From: Cycas panzhihuaensis
Lineage: Eukaryota; Plantae; Cycadophyta
Direction: 5' to 3'
DNA length: 64,000 nucleotides
Assembly (NCBI GenBank): GCA_023213395.1
Contig: CM041465.1
Coordinates: 101,253,741-101,317,740 of the forward strand
In this document: positions 34,627 through 49,708 of the stretch, piece by piece
How positions within the stretch are numbered: the stretch's first letter is position 1
How the letters are laid out: the number at the start of each line of letters is the position of its first letter
Program-made: the position numbers and the translations under genes
Notes under the pieces: model-generated
Database searches by the model: none
Seen by the model: the letters and a program-made list of their open reading frames with translations, nothing else
Told to the model about the DNA's origin: nothing

Positions 34627-37600
34627 TGTTGGAATAATGCCTATATTGGGGCAATTACCCACCTTGGGGAGATTATCCATATTGGGGAAATAACCCATAT
34701 TATGATAAATATCTTGGTGGCATATTGTCAGGCATTTGTTAATGCCAAGCAGCATTGGACCTTGATAGGTATGTCAAATCCTCTTAGTTCCACCTATATC
34801 TTTAGGGGTATAAAGACCCTGGTGCTCATCAATACCACCTTCCTCACAGATTGTTGGTTGTCCCTTCTTGCATGCTTCCATCTCTTCTTCTCTGCTTTTC
34901 CCCTATGATTCCATCATTTGGTATAAGAGCAGTGTTGGATGAGTTATCTAAGATTTTTAGTTAAAGTTATTATTGGGGCAGTAGAGTTTCAATATTAGTG
35001 CAAGCTTTCTATAATTGCATCCCAAAGTGCATGAAGTATGTTATGTACTAGTTACATATTTATTTATGTATTATTTATAGTCAACTCTTTGTCTGTTTGA
35101 ATAAGTACCAACATGCACTCATTTAGTGCTTTGTATATTTACAGGAGCACCATTTGAATTTCACCTTGCAACTAATCTTGCATCTCTATGAAGGATTATA
35201 CAATGATAGAGACAAAGCAGAGCATAATCAAATAGTCAAAACATTGTTGCATAAACATATGAGCTTTTGTATTCAATCCATTTTTGAGTAAGTACATAGA
35301 AATTTTCTAATATAAGCGGTGTCTAAGGACACTAAGGTCGCACACCCTTTCAAATATATAGTTTGGAGGAGGAGGGAAACTCCTCAACCCCTAAAATTCA
35401 AACAACAATAAAATATTACATAACTCAATAACTTAACTCAAATCAACTTTAACCTTACCTTACTTACCTTCAAATTTGTGCACTCACGTGTAAAATGGTG
35501 GGAGTGGGGTGATGAGTATTAACCCCAACACTCTATAGTCCACATCTACATAGATCACTTTATCTTTAAATAAGAAGCTAGCATATTTATAAATTATTTG
35601 TGCAACTCGATTACATTTCATATCAAAGCCATAGTCATTTCTTATTTTCTCTTGTGCACCTACCCAATTTGTATCTATTTAGAGGCCTAAAGACTTAATT
35701 TTATTATATGTATTTATTGCATCTATGTTTAATTTATTTTTGCTATGTTTATTGTATACACATCACAACATATTGTGTATGTCTCTTCTTAACTCACATC
35801 CATTGTCCTCTACTTCTATATTTGATGCTAGGTGGATTATTCCTCAAAATGTTGAATGTATCTTTTGCTCTCAACCAAAATTAGAATAGCGACTACCATT
35901 TTTTTTTATTTGTTGAGAATTACATGCTAACAGTCAATGTTTAATATTCCCCCGGTCATTTTAAAAGTTGTCACTATGTACATATAATCTTTCTTTCATA
36001 TGGTTGTATACATGCAAATAATAGTTGCCTACATTCACCTAGTTGTATTGAACATGCTGCATTCACATCGTGGAGGTGATATTAATAAACAGGATGTCAT
36101 TCTCTTTATTTCTGACTTCTTTATGATCACAACACTTATAGGATAAACATTTGTTCAGGGATAATGAGAGAAAAAGAGTCATCACGTATTGACTAAGTTA
36201 CAATGTTAATCACAATTACATTTTACCTCTTCTTTGTGTCTCCATTTTGAATCATTTATAGGCACCTCTTATGTTATATCTTCATGTGTTATTCGCTCAC
36301 ATTCGGCCAATATATCATACACATTTTTTCATTAGCATAAAAGTATACAATTCCCTTTAATATATGGCCCTTACTTTTAACACATTACATATCACAATTC
36401 ATTTATATTTGCCTTGTGTTTGGTAGATGCATATATTTGCATCTACCTTTACGTCTTCCATGCATATTATCATGCTTCAAGTCCATTATATCATACTCAT
36501 TACTTTTCTTTTGAGGAAAATCACTTAACATGATAGTAATTTGTGGTTGTGTCACTCCTTTATGTGTATATGATTTTTCTATATTTACAAGTCACTATAA
36601 TTATTTGTGTCTCATTGTGGGATATCTTTATTCAAGTTTGCATTTGTGGAAAGTTGAGCAACATCCATTGTATAGTCATTTTTACATAATTTATATGCCT
36701 AGTATTCTACATCCCTATATATATTTACATCTGGTAAGGGCTCTCCCCTACATACATTTATGTATGGTGACTATTATTTTCTCAATGAATGTCTATGCTA
36801 CTTGTTATTTGCTTTATTATAAGGATCACAACATTTTAATTTTAGAGTGACAAGTAGCCAAACACATTTACTTTGATATTATTTAAAGTAATGAAATATT
36901 GATATTAAAATATGAAATTTTAAATCTTCTTTTATATTCCGTTGAGCTCTAATATCTCATAGCCCTCTCTATCTTACAACCAATAGGTCATATTCATCAT
37001 TCAAGTGACTAGAGAGTAGTTTTTAAAGGGGGCTAATATGTTTTCCAAGGAGGTTATCTGGAATTAAGCACATGTTTCTACTTTACTAAGGATATCTATC
37101 ACTAATGGGGCCCATTTTTAATTCTACTAACTCTAAAGTGTTCTATATTTCTACTCAAATAAACAAGTGGTCACATGACTATGTTGGGTCTGCATTTGAC
37201 AACTCATTTAATGACTAAAAGTTGATGAAATTTTTCTTTATACTTCATGTGCTAAAGAGACCTTTATACCTTTTAACCTCCTTATACTTTTTAAAGTATA
37301 ACTTGGTCATAAAATATTAAAATCAAGTGTCATTTAAAGCATTAGGTTTATATTTTGATCCTATATTAACTAAATGATATTTTTAAGTATTGTTTAGGCC
37401 ATTTGATATAATACTTTTATGGTCAAAGTTGATGTTAGTTTTTAGACTTCCTACAAGTTGACCCTTGAACAAGTTTAGCAAAACTTTAGCTTGTAATCAC
37501 TATTAATATAAATTTTTTATATTGGAGGAGGTTAAGTCCTATTTGGGACACTTGTGCATGTCCCAAAGTTAAAGGGGGATAGTTTTGTTTGTGTCCTTTA

Positions 37601-40600
37601 AGTGCCTTTATTACCTTGTTTAAGTGCATTTTAATATTTCATTCAAGCACTCTACTTTTTTAAATCAATTTATTTTAAGGTAATTTTTTCATTGTCGCAT
37701 ATAGCATAAGCAATATAATAGTGCCAAAATTTAAAGGTATTAACTTTTTGAATTAGAGTTTAAGGATAAAACCTATCTTTGTGTCAAAAGATATATGGAA
37801 CTTGATTAAAAGAGGTTATGGAGCACTTAATGCTAATTCTACTAAAGACCAAAAGAAGACCAATAAGGAGAATGAAAACTAAGATAATGAAGCATTGGCA
37901 TTTATCTTCTATATCATATTTTTCTAAGGGCTAGTGAGGCAACTACATCAAAAGAGGCATGAGACATTTTAAAGACCACCTATAAAGGAATCACTAGATC
38001 AAAACTCCAAACGCTAAGAAGTAAGATTAAAAATTGTAGGATGAATAATAATAAAGAAGTAAATGACTTTATAACTAAGATACAAGGTCTAATAAGCCAA
38101 ATGAGGGCCTTATAAGAAGTCATTAGTGAACAAAAGGTGGTAAAGAAGATCTTAAGATGTGTTAGTGATATTAAAATATTTGAAATAGTTACAATAAGTA
38201 TTGAGGTCTCCAAAGACCTAACTACCCTCAAAATGGATCAACCAAGTACAATGTTACTTATTGTTGAAGAGAAAAATGGGGGTAGTGAATTTTTATAACA
38301 TACATTTTCCACTAAAGCAAAGATTAGGCCTGGATTTTAAGTCTAAAGTTCTAAGGGAAGAGGATAATCTCTTAGAGAAAGAGGTCAAGATCTTAGAAAT
38401 CAAAAGCACTTTCATCAAAGACAAGTTTATCGAGGTCAATGATAAGGTTAATTTCATCAAGGATAAGGTCAAGGACAAAAATATTATTTTTAAGGCTAAT
38501 TTAATCAAGGTTAAGGACAAAGTTTTAGACCTCAAAGAAGATGTAGAGGATAAAGTCCAAGAGGAAGGAGTCCTAGAGGTAGAGGAATAATGTAATATTT
38601 CTATTATCATAAAAGCATATACTTAGAAATAAATTATTTCATAAAAAGGTCCAACATGTAAAGAAGAATAAATAATATAATAGTTGAAGAATAAAAGAAA
38701 AATGAGAGACTCTTTCTGTCAAGTTTGATAATAAATAAAGAAGAAGACAGTTAGTATATTGACTCAGGATAATCTACCTACATGACAAATAGAGAAGAAT
38801 CCTTTAAGGAGTTAGACAACACCAAAAATAGCAAAATTATATTTAGAGACAATACCACTTAAGCTATAATTAGTAAAGAAAATATAGCCATCCAAATAGA
38901 CTTTGGAGAAATAAGATATATCAATGATGTACTATGTATCCCTACACTTAAAAAAAACTTGTTATCAATGGGATAAATGATGGAACAGAAATACAAAGTT
39001 ATCTTTGATAATAATAAGTGCACCATTAAGGATAAACTAAAAAATAAAATAATAATTACTAAGGGTCAAATGACTAGTGACAGATTATTTAAACTAGTTA
39101 TTCCCCTAACTGATTACTATGCCTTAAAGGCATCAACTAATATGGATAGTAAAACTTACCATAGAAGACTTGGCCATATGAACTATAATAGCTTGGTATT
39201 AATGAAGAATATAGAAATTATAATAGGTCTACCAAATATTGAACATGGTAAGGAAGTGTGTGAAGGGTGTATACTAGGTAAACAACAAAGGGAAGGATTC
39301 TCTAATGATAATTATAAGGAAAATGCACCTCTTCAACTAGTATACATAGATCTATATGGACCAATAGAAGTGTATTCACTTGGTGGAGCTAAGCATTTCA
39401 TAACTTTTCTTAATGGTTTTACAAAAATGACTTGGGTTTATTTTCTCAAGTATAAGTCAGATGTACTCTAATACTTTATTAACTTCAAAAATATGATTGA
39501 AAGATATCATGAACATAACATATTAACTCTAAGATCGGATAATGGGGGAGAATTCATTTTTAATAAATTTAATAATTATTATAGATATTTTAGAATAAGG
39601 AAACAACTTACAAATCCCTATACTCCTCAATAAAACAAGGTTGTAGAAAAGAAAAATAGGATAATTATTGAGATAGCCAAAAGCATGCTTAAGGATAAGC
39701 ATCTTAGTAATGAATATTAGGCAAAAGTTATACATATAGTTATGTATTTATTGAATAAATACACAACTAAAGCAATAAGATGGGTTACACCTAAAGAAGC
39801 TTGGACAAGTTAGAAACTAATCATAAAACACTTAAGAGTTTTTGGGTGTATAGCTTATGCACATGTTCCAAAATAAAGGACAAAATTAAATGACAAAAGT
39901 ACCAAGTGTATATTTATAGGATATATTAACTCATCAATATCATATAAGCAATATGATCCAAAAGGTAAAAGGATTATTATGAGTATGGCGTTATCTTCAA
40001 AGAAGATGATTCTATGAAGAGGGAGTTATTGAAAAGGACAAAGGTAAAAATATCATGATTGAAATTGACTCTAACTCAAGTGGTGTAAATGTATCTAATG
40101 TAAATGAAGTAGGACCTTCTACTTTAAGTCAAAGAGTTCTAAAATGGGTAAAAAAGGCTCATAATCCTCAAAACATCTTAAATACTAACTTTAAGAGAAA
40201 AATAACAAGATCTAAAAGGGTAAACTTTATACTTATGACTCAAGTTATAAAGTAAAATAAGCCTTAAAACTTTAAAAAGATAAATAGCTAAGGTGAATAG
40301 AAAAATATAATGAAGGAAGAGTACAATACCTTAATGAAGAATGACATATGGGAATTAGTCAAATCACTACCTAGAAAGAATGCCATTAGAACTAAATGGG
40401 TCTACAAAACCAAGTATAAATTAGATGGGTCTATTGACAAATACAAAATGAGATTATTTGGAAAGGGCTATACTCAAATTGAAGACATAGATTATAACAA
40501 AACATTTGCACATGTTGTAAAATTAAAAATAATTAGATTCATTATGGTCTTAACTACACAACCAGGTTGGACAGTATATTAAATAGATTTAAAAAGTGCC

Positions 40601-42063
40601 TTCTTGAATGGCTATGTAGATTAGGAGATATATATCCAACAATCTAAGGGTTTTGAAGTAAAAGAAAAAGAAGACAAGGTCTACCAACTCAAAAAAGTCT
40701 CGTATGGATTCAGACAAGCACCTAGAGCATGGTACTCTAAGATTGATAAATATTTTAAGGATAAAGGATTCCTAAGAAGCTAATCACAACCCAATTTATA
40801 TATAAAATTAGAAGGGAGCTCAATACTAATTATGGATTTATATATGGATGTCCTACTATATACTAGGAATTATGATTATTTATCCTAAATATTTAAGAAA
40901 GATATATGCAAAGAGTTTAAAATGACAAACATGGGAGTTATGTATTATTTCTTAGGTATTGAAGTATAGAAGAATAAAAGGGGATATTTGTATCAAAAAG
41001 AAAATACATATTAGATATATTACATAAATTTAAAATGGATGGTTGTAAGCCACTTATAACACCAACAAAGGTTAGGGTTGAAATTATTTAAATTTGAGGA
41101 ATCTGAATCAGTTAATCCTATACTTTACAAGCAGTTGATTGAGAGTCTTATTTACTTAACTTCAACTTAACTAGATATTATGTATATAGTTAGTGTAGTT
41201 TCTAGGTTTATGCATGAGCCTAAGGTAAAATATTAGTAGGCATCTAAAAGGATTTTCAAGTATCTTAAAGATACTACTAGGTATAGTTTATATTATAGGT
41301 TATTAGGGGATTATAGGTTGATTAGTTATACAGATTCAAACTAGGCTAGTTATATAGATGACAATAAATCTACTTCAAGTTATGCATTTAGTTCAAATTT
41401 AGTAGTAGTAGTAGTATGGAGTTCAAAGAATTAGAAAATAATATCTCTTTCTACTACAAAAGCAGAGTATAAAGCAGTTGTAATAGGAGCTTGTAAGATA
41501 ATTTATCTTAAGAGATTACTTTAGGATTTATAGAAAGAGAAGATTAGGAATCCAGATGATAAGGAATATAGTGTTTCATGATAGGACAAAGCACATTGAA
41601 ACATAAAATCACTTTAATAGAGAGTTGATATAATAAGGTAAATTAGAATTGGTCTATTATAGCTCTAAGGATTAGGTGACAAACATCTTCACAAAGGTAC
41701 TTGGCAAACTAAAGTTTATCAAATTTAAAGATAAACTTGGAGTCTCTCTAAATGGGAATTATAAAGGAGAAATATTAGAATAATACCCATATTGGGGCAA
41801 TTACCCACCTTAGGGAGATTACCCACATTAGGATAATAACCTATATTATGGAAAATATCTTACTAGAATATTGTCAAGTATTTGTCGAAACTAGGCAATG
41901 GTGGACCTTGAGAGGTGTGCCAAATCCTCTCAGTCCCACCTATATCTTCAAGGGGTCTAAAGACCCTAGTGTTCATTAATACCACATTCCTCATGGATTA
42001 TTGGTTGTCCCTTCTTACATATTTTCATCTTTTTTTCTCTAGTTTTATCCTCTGATTTCGTCA
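34627..42063 (+). mobile_element. Full-length but decayed Ty1/Copia LTR retrotransposon, 7.4 kb
   Basis: 5' LTR 34627-34916 (TG...CA), PBS tggtataagagc 34919-34930, PPT 41761-41772, 3' LTR 41773-42063. Domain order gag-PR-INT-RT-RH. TSD degraded (taaag/aaaat). Confidence 0.96.
37720..41745 (+). pseudogene. Copia gag-pol pseudogene
   Basis: VPKFKGINF..IWNLIKRGY (gag), *YIDSG (PR), HRRLGHMN / CEGCILGKQ / LRSDNGGEF (INT), MKEEYNTL / TKWVYKTK / KSAFLNG / LYMD (RT), YTDS / LSTTKAEY / RTKHIE / NIFTK (RH). Many stops and frameshifts. Confidence 0.96.
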
Positions 42064-44118
42064 AAAATTTTATCTAATCAAATCAATTGTCTAGGCAAGT
42101 AGATGAAGAAGTAGATATATGAATAAATAAATGAATTAACTATAAACTAATTAAAATTTTCAAGATAAAATTAATCTATTTATTAATAAGTTATCCTTAA
42201 AAGGGCCAACAATACTGAAAAGAGGCCCTCACGATATGAGTATATCAGGGCACATGTACCTAAATAATTACTTCTACGTGCCTATCAACTCAACTAATCC
42301 CCCTAAGAGCTCAACTAACCTACCTTAACCTGACTCATAAATAACCCTAACTTGATGGACTCAATCTAGAAAAAATATAAAAGGGACTAATTAGAATATA
42401 AGTTTTGAAGGAGTCAAGACCATAGGATAGATCTTCTTGTAAATAAGTCAATGGAGATTTATTAATATCGACGACCCATCTCATATAACTATGAGGTGGG
42501 CCAATAGTGTCTGCATCTAACTCCAATAAACCTCAAGTTATAAGAGGATAAATGAAGCTCACTTTACTATCAACATCCTATGTGTGAGTATGTGGTGAAG
42601 ATAGGTGCCCCTCACTAGCCCATTTAAAATATAGATTAGAGAACTTAAACCACCTAAAGATACAAGATCACTTTTTTCATCCAATGATGAAATCTAGGTA
42701 GAAAGACGATTATCATCCCTCTTTGATAAAATAATGGACTCTTACCTAAAAGAGATAAAGAGAGCAAATATCATACCTAATAATGCAGTTATGATGTAAC
42801 TTTTAATTAAATGAAAATAGCAAAAAACTAACATAAAATATAGATTTATTAGTTCCACAATTTTAAGAACTTGCAACAAGTGTGAATTTCCACTATATTT
42901 CAACCTTTATAAAACACATATAAAAATAGACAAACATGTAATGCAAAGTAATAAAATGTAATGTTCCTTTACTCTCTCTTGTTTTAACTTTTTTAAATGC
43001 TCTTTTCTTGTTTTAAAATATAACTAACTCATATATAAGATGGGGAGGAGCAATCAAGTATGATGAATTAAGCAAGCAATGTTTCTATTTTCCTTTTCAA
43101 ATAAAAAATATAATTAAAAATGTAATTTCGAATCTTTTTTTATTTTAAAATAAGATTTATAAAAGAGGATTTCAAGAGGAATACTTGGAAATTACTCCAA
43201 ATAATTTTGCCAACCTTTTTAGCATGCAAAATCTTATGAACTTTAAATTTCCAATTAGCTAAAGATAAAGTTAGTTGTATACATTTAATTCATAAACTTT
43301 TTAGGAAATTTTTTGTAGCATTTCTACTAGTCAAATGGAATTATGACAAAAAATAAATAAATGAAAATTAAATTATATAAAATTAAAATTAAACCATACT
43401 TTTTAGCTCATACCCTTTTAAAGATGTTGATGAAATTTGAACAACACTTTGACTTAGCTATGGGTACTATCTTTTGGTGAGAAGAATAGGGGAGAAAGAA
43501 GAGTCTTCAATCTACCCCAAAAGCCTCCAACCTATATAACTACATATTAGAGCACTCCACCTATTAGATTAGTAACATCTAATAAAATCCTAAAATTCAA
43601 CAACTAGAAATATTACAAACTAAAAGAAAGTAGCAATCTAAAGTAACCAACAAGCTAATATATAAAGAGCCTCAAAATTAGAAGTGTTCCCACCACTTTA
43701 TAAGCCCAATAAATAATACTAGGCCTTTTTCCCCCATGTAAGGCACTCGTATAATAGAGAAGTGAAACATGTAAAGAATTCAACATAAATAAGGTAAGAA
43801 AAAACATGAAATTATTTGAAAACTAAAGAGAAAAATAAATAGTAATTAGAAAAGAAAGGGAAATCCTAATAGTATGAGGGATGTTGCCCAATTCTTAGTG
43901 AAGGAGGGATGTCTATGAGATACAACTCCAATGAAAGAGGTCTCTAATAGTTGCTAGTCTCTGATCTCCTAGCTAAAGGTGGAAACCAATAAATAACTTA
44001 TGAAAGTAAGTGATAATCTATAGTTTTTTAACAGCATTCTCATAATATAATGATGTAAATTTTAGCCTCTAATTTAATCAAATAAGAGGGAATTAAATAG
44101 AAAAATGTAGGGAAAGGG

Positions 44119-44290
44119 CCCATGGTTTTGGGTCCATAGTTTGCTAGAATGCCACGAGCCAAAACCATACGCAAATTACCCATTATTTTGGTGCTAATTA
44201 ATGCTAAAGAATTAATTGGCCCATGGTTTGGATCAAAACCTAGGGACAACCCATGGTTTTGAGGAGATTTGATGGATAGCCCATGGTTAA
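44119..44290. repeat. Four to five dispersed CCCATGGTTT motifs
   Basis: gcccatggtttt, tccatagttt, gcccatggttt, acccatggtttt, gcccatggtta. Confidence 0.65.
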
Positions 44291-44357
44291 ATGCCAAAAA
44301 TGCATAATCAACAACAAGCTAAAAAAAAAATTAAGTAAAAATATTGATCTAGCAAAG

Positions 44358-44445
44358 TTTACCACATTACTGTGAAGTTTTATTTCATGGTATTAAGATG
44401 AACCTTATAATATCGTGATAAACTTTGTAGTACCACAAAGATTTT
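44358..44445. repeat. Decayed GTGGTACCAC palindrome array
   Basis: catggtatta, tttgtagtaccacaaa. Confidence 0.55.
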
Positions 44446-45019
44446 AGGATTGATAAAACAAGCAAAAAACAAAGTAAGCTAAGTAAAAATAAAAATTAAA
44501 TGAGTAAAAATTAAAGTTATATAGATATAAAACACAATAGGACAAGAGAAAATACATTAATAAATATTAGTTTTAATGGAAAAAGTGTCAAAAAAAGTAA
44601 GCCAAGTAGAGTAATGTTATAAATAGAAGAGAAACAAGGGCAAGACATAATTGGAAAGATAGTGAAAGGTATTTCTTTAATCTATCAAGGTTAAATGGAT
44701 ATCTTTCATAGCCACTAACCATGGTTAGACTCATCATTAACTAAATACTCATACATCCATATGCCAGATCAATAGGTAATCATTAGCACATGTTTATAAA
44801 AAGTAAAAGACTGAGCTAAACTAAGTTAACAATGAAATAAAAAATAAAAGCATGTACCTTACTTATATATTATTGTAATAACTATGAACTTTTTTAATTG
44901 CAAAAAGTATTTACCCCCTTAATAGCAAAAGCTCTTTAGATGTTGATTATAAGATGGTGAATGCTATCAATAATACCCTAGTTAGACTTATAGTGAGCCT
45001 AAAGAAATGAAAGGGAAAG

Positions 45020-46225
45020 ATAGTCTATCATAGTTTAGCCTCCTCAATAAGTGTTTAGAGAATGTCACTCTTAATTTAACCTCATTGACAAAAATTTTGA
45101 AGGTTTGTTAAATAAGATAGAGATTAGGCCTATGGTCTAATTAAACCATGACAAGATTGATAGCCATAATAAGACCTAAATGAATACAAAAGGATCACTA
45201 TAATTTATCATCTTTAGTGACTATTTTTCAAAGTGATCTTATGCACCTAAAGGGTTGCTCAATGGGCAATTAAGTATTAGGTTTGAAAGTCAAATATTTA
45301 GTGAGCTCAAAAGGTAGGGTTAGACTTGAAATCTAAGGGTTGTCATCTTAGATTAACTTCATCAATGAGTATCCTTCGAAGGAGGAGTTATTTAGGCTCT
45401 TCTCAAAGCTATGTTTTGATCTTGGATATAAGAGGGGATACCTTAAATACCAAGAGTTTAGACTAAGAATTCAACAATAATCACCATAGATTAGCCTCAT
45501 TAATGATTGACTTTTAGAGGTAGGAGTTAGTTAGGCTCATCTTAGAGCCATGTTTATAGTTTTTTTTTTTTTTTCTTCTTTTTTTTTTTTTGGATTTTTA
45601 TTATTTTTTAAAATGATATACTAGGGAGAATAAAGGATTCAATAAATTTAGTAAAAGAAGGTTTACATTAGATAGAATGTTGGGGATTATCCCTTTTAGA
45701 AGGTTATAGTGGGAACAACATTTACAACCTAAGTGGTAGTTTAGACTCATGTTAGAGCTTTATTTTTTAGATTTTTTATTTTATAATTTTTTAGCCTTTG
45801 ATATTTTTTTTAAGAAAACAAACTAGGGAAAGAAAATAAAATTTAAATAACATAAACATAGAAAGAACCAAACTAAGGATGATATAAGGGGATTATCCCT
45901 TTTTTACAACCGTAGTAAGGTTGATACTTTTATATTTACAAGGTAGTTTAAGCTCATGCTTGAGTGTTAGATAATTTACCCTTGTTTCAAAGTAATAGTT
46001 CTAGTTTAAACTCTTATTGGAGCACTAGATAGTTTATTCTTATCTCAGAGACCCAATAGGGATAGATGAGGAAGTTAGCACATAGTCTCAACTTTATGAA
46101 TAGGCTCAAAATCTTTAGGTTGTCATCATAGTTTAGCCTCATTAATGAGTACCCCTTTTAGGAGGAGTTTAAGATCATCTTAAAGTTGGGGTTATCACTA
46201 TAGTTTAACCTCTTTAGTGAGTACC
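45020..46225. repeat. Dispersed array (>10 copies) of TAGTTTAnnCTCAT motif in a minus-strand Tat 3' region
   Basis: e.g. ctatcatagtttagcctcctc (45025), gtagtttagactcatg (45736), gtagtttaagctcatg (45943), atcatagtttagcctcattaatg (46125). Confidence 0.85.
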
Positions 46226-46321
46226 TCTCAAAGGTAAATAAAGAAGAAGTTGGCATGTTAGATGAGCCCCATCAGTGGGCTCAAATCCCTATAGAGGATC
46301 ACCTACTTGTGGCAAGTGATG

Positions 46322-46708
46322 CTCAAGAATAAAAGCAATAAGTGAATTTATTTTAATGTTTTATCTTGATGGGATAGATTGGATTGTTACTAATAAAAAT
46401 TAGGATAAAAATTACCTAAATTGGTTAGTGACAGTGCATAATTAAGGGTAGAAAACTTAACAGACCTAGGCAAGTTGGTAAATGACTAGAGAGTTAGAAA
46501 GTAGTATGATGAGGCTATGATGGACTTGAAATACATCTATTAAAGATTTAATAATGGTAGTATACTTAGCAATATTATTAATTGTTACAAGTAAGTAAAT
46601 CCCAAAAGGGGTTAAGAGATGTCTTACTTAGTCTCAAATGGTCTAGACTATAGTAGAAGATCTAAGGTTCCCATAGCTTCCTCCATCAATTTAGATAATT
46701 AATGCCAT
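46322..46708 (-). pseudogene. Third degenerate free-standing aRH domain
   Basis: Reverse strand: II*IDGGSYGNLRSS ... TINNIAKYTTIIKSLID ... LLSNSLVIYQL ... VTIQSIPSR*N. The upstream segment 46992-47030 is homologous to 14165-14200. Confidence 0.85.
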
Positions 46709-47054
46709 AAGGAATATAATAGGAACTTAGAGACTATTTAATGAATATGGGAAACTGAGTGAGAATTGATCAATATGGCTAGGCCTCAAGCTTATAGGCT
46801 TAACTTTAACTATGAAATATTTTAAAACAAGGATCCCATATGTGGCTTGTTAGCACTATTGTGGTACATTTTTAAGGTTTATTTTATCCCTCAAAATATT
46901 AGGCATTGATCATAATTAAGGCCATGGTGGACCAAATCAACTAAATCTAAAAGTCCTAAATAAACCACATATCTAGACCTAAACTACATATCATAGGTGA
47001 GAAGGAAGTTATCATGAAACTTACCTTATATGCAAAGATAGTGAAAAGATATCT

Positions 47055-48245
<1,191 letters not shown>

Positions 48246-49029
48246 TTTTTTTTATGTATAATAAGATGTTGCAATGATAAACTGACTCATGAGGCACTAA
48301 GTCAACTAATAAGTGACAACATTGTTTAACAAAGTCTACATAAGAACTTAAAAATATGGTCATAAAGGTCAAATCACTAAGCGAACCTGGATAGTTCATA
48401 CAAGCAATTTCTAAGCACTTTTCATGTAAGAAATAAGTAGATAAATAGCCTTTGAAAAGGGTACCATGATAGGTTGGGTCATCTACTACAATGGGGATTA
48501 AGTGGGACTACCATTAGAAAGTACATTATATGACCAAGGTGTTGAATGACTACTTAGGTTGTGGATTACAAAGTAGCAAAGGTAGTTATTTTATAAGGAT
48601 AATAGATGTCCTTAAAAACTAAAAAAAAGGTTGTGAGTATTTCCTAACTTTTAGAAATGGTATGGATACTTTGGTGTACAAGTAAGTGTAAGTATACTTC
48701 ACTACTCTTTTCACTTCATTGATTTGATATATCATATTTTTAGATAGATGGAGTGTGTTTCTACTTGTTTGTTTTGTTTTTTGTCCATGTATTTATAATT
48801 GATGATGAGTATGACTTTGGTTGATGGTTGTTCATCCACCCATTAGGCTCTTTAAGGAAGAATAGATGCCAATTTTTCCTTTTTATCATTCTCTTTCCAT
48901 TATTTTAATCCATCGGATTCATTTTTTTACTATTTATTGCTTGATTTTGGCTACATTCTATCTTGATTCTATATAATTTCTATTGAGAAAAAATAATTTA
49001 TTACCAAATCACTAGTAATTTTGCTTATA

Positions 49030-49100
49030 ATAGTAGTACCATAAAGTATTTCATGGTACCACAAAGATCTTTGAGGTATTGTGAATATATAAGTGGTATG
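49030..49100. repeat. GTGGTACCAC-type palindrome array in Tat LTR-like sequence
   Basis: gtagtaccat, catggtaccac, gaggtattgt, gtggtatgg at ~20-bp spacing. Confidence 0.7.
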
Positions 49101-49708
49101 GCTATCACCTTTGTAGATTCGAGTCTGTTAGTAATAATTAGCTTATAAATGCAAAATTATCAAGCTTAGTCAGTTTACATTAGCCCTATGATAATGTTTG
49201 TTAGCTTTGGGTGGCCCGAGAGGCTTAATCTTTATATTCCTATGTGGGTTTGCTTCAATATATGAGTGAGACTCATGGATTTGGTTTAATGGTTTTCTCC
49301 CATGTTGTGGGCTAAAAACCACTCATTCTACACCTTGTTTTTATTTTATAAAATCCCCTTATTTTTCCATAAAAAGGGGAAGATCAAGAGACACCATAAA
49401 CCACATTATTATGATATCAAAATTCCATTAGAATTAGGTAAGCTTGACTCACACACCATGAGAGTGACCACATACTTGGAGATTGCACACCATCTACAAC
49501 AAGAGTGAGCCTTAGGAGAGGGATCAATAGTTATTAGCTTTCTCATTCATCTAAAGAAGAGGTAATTCTCCTCCTCTTAATTTTAGTAAGAATTTCCTTA
49601 TGTTTTGTTATTTATTTATATTTAATTTTATCATACTTTCTTCCCATTACCTACTCAATCTTTTCTTTGCACCATATTTCCCTTATTAGACTTCCTTTCC
49701 TTATTCAT

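Noticed and set aside
35495-35570. Possible tRNA/SINE-like remnant on the minus strand
   Set aside because: No convincing A/B boxes or cloverleaf.
38261-38610. 109-aa K/D/V-rich ORF and antisense 105-aa ORF
   Set aside because: Alternative frames over the decayed repetitive gag tract.
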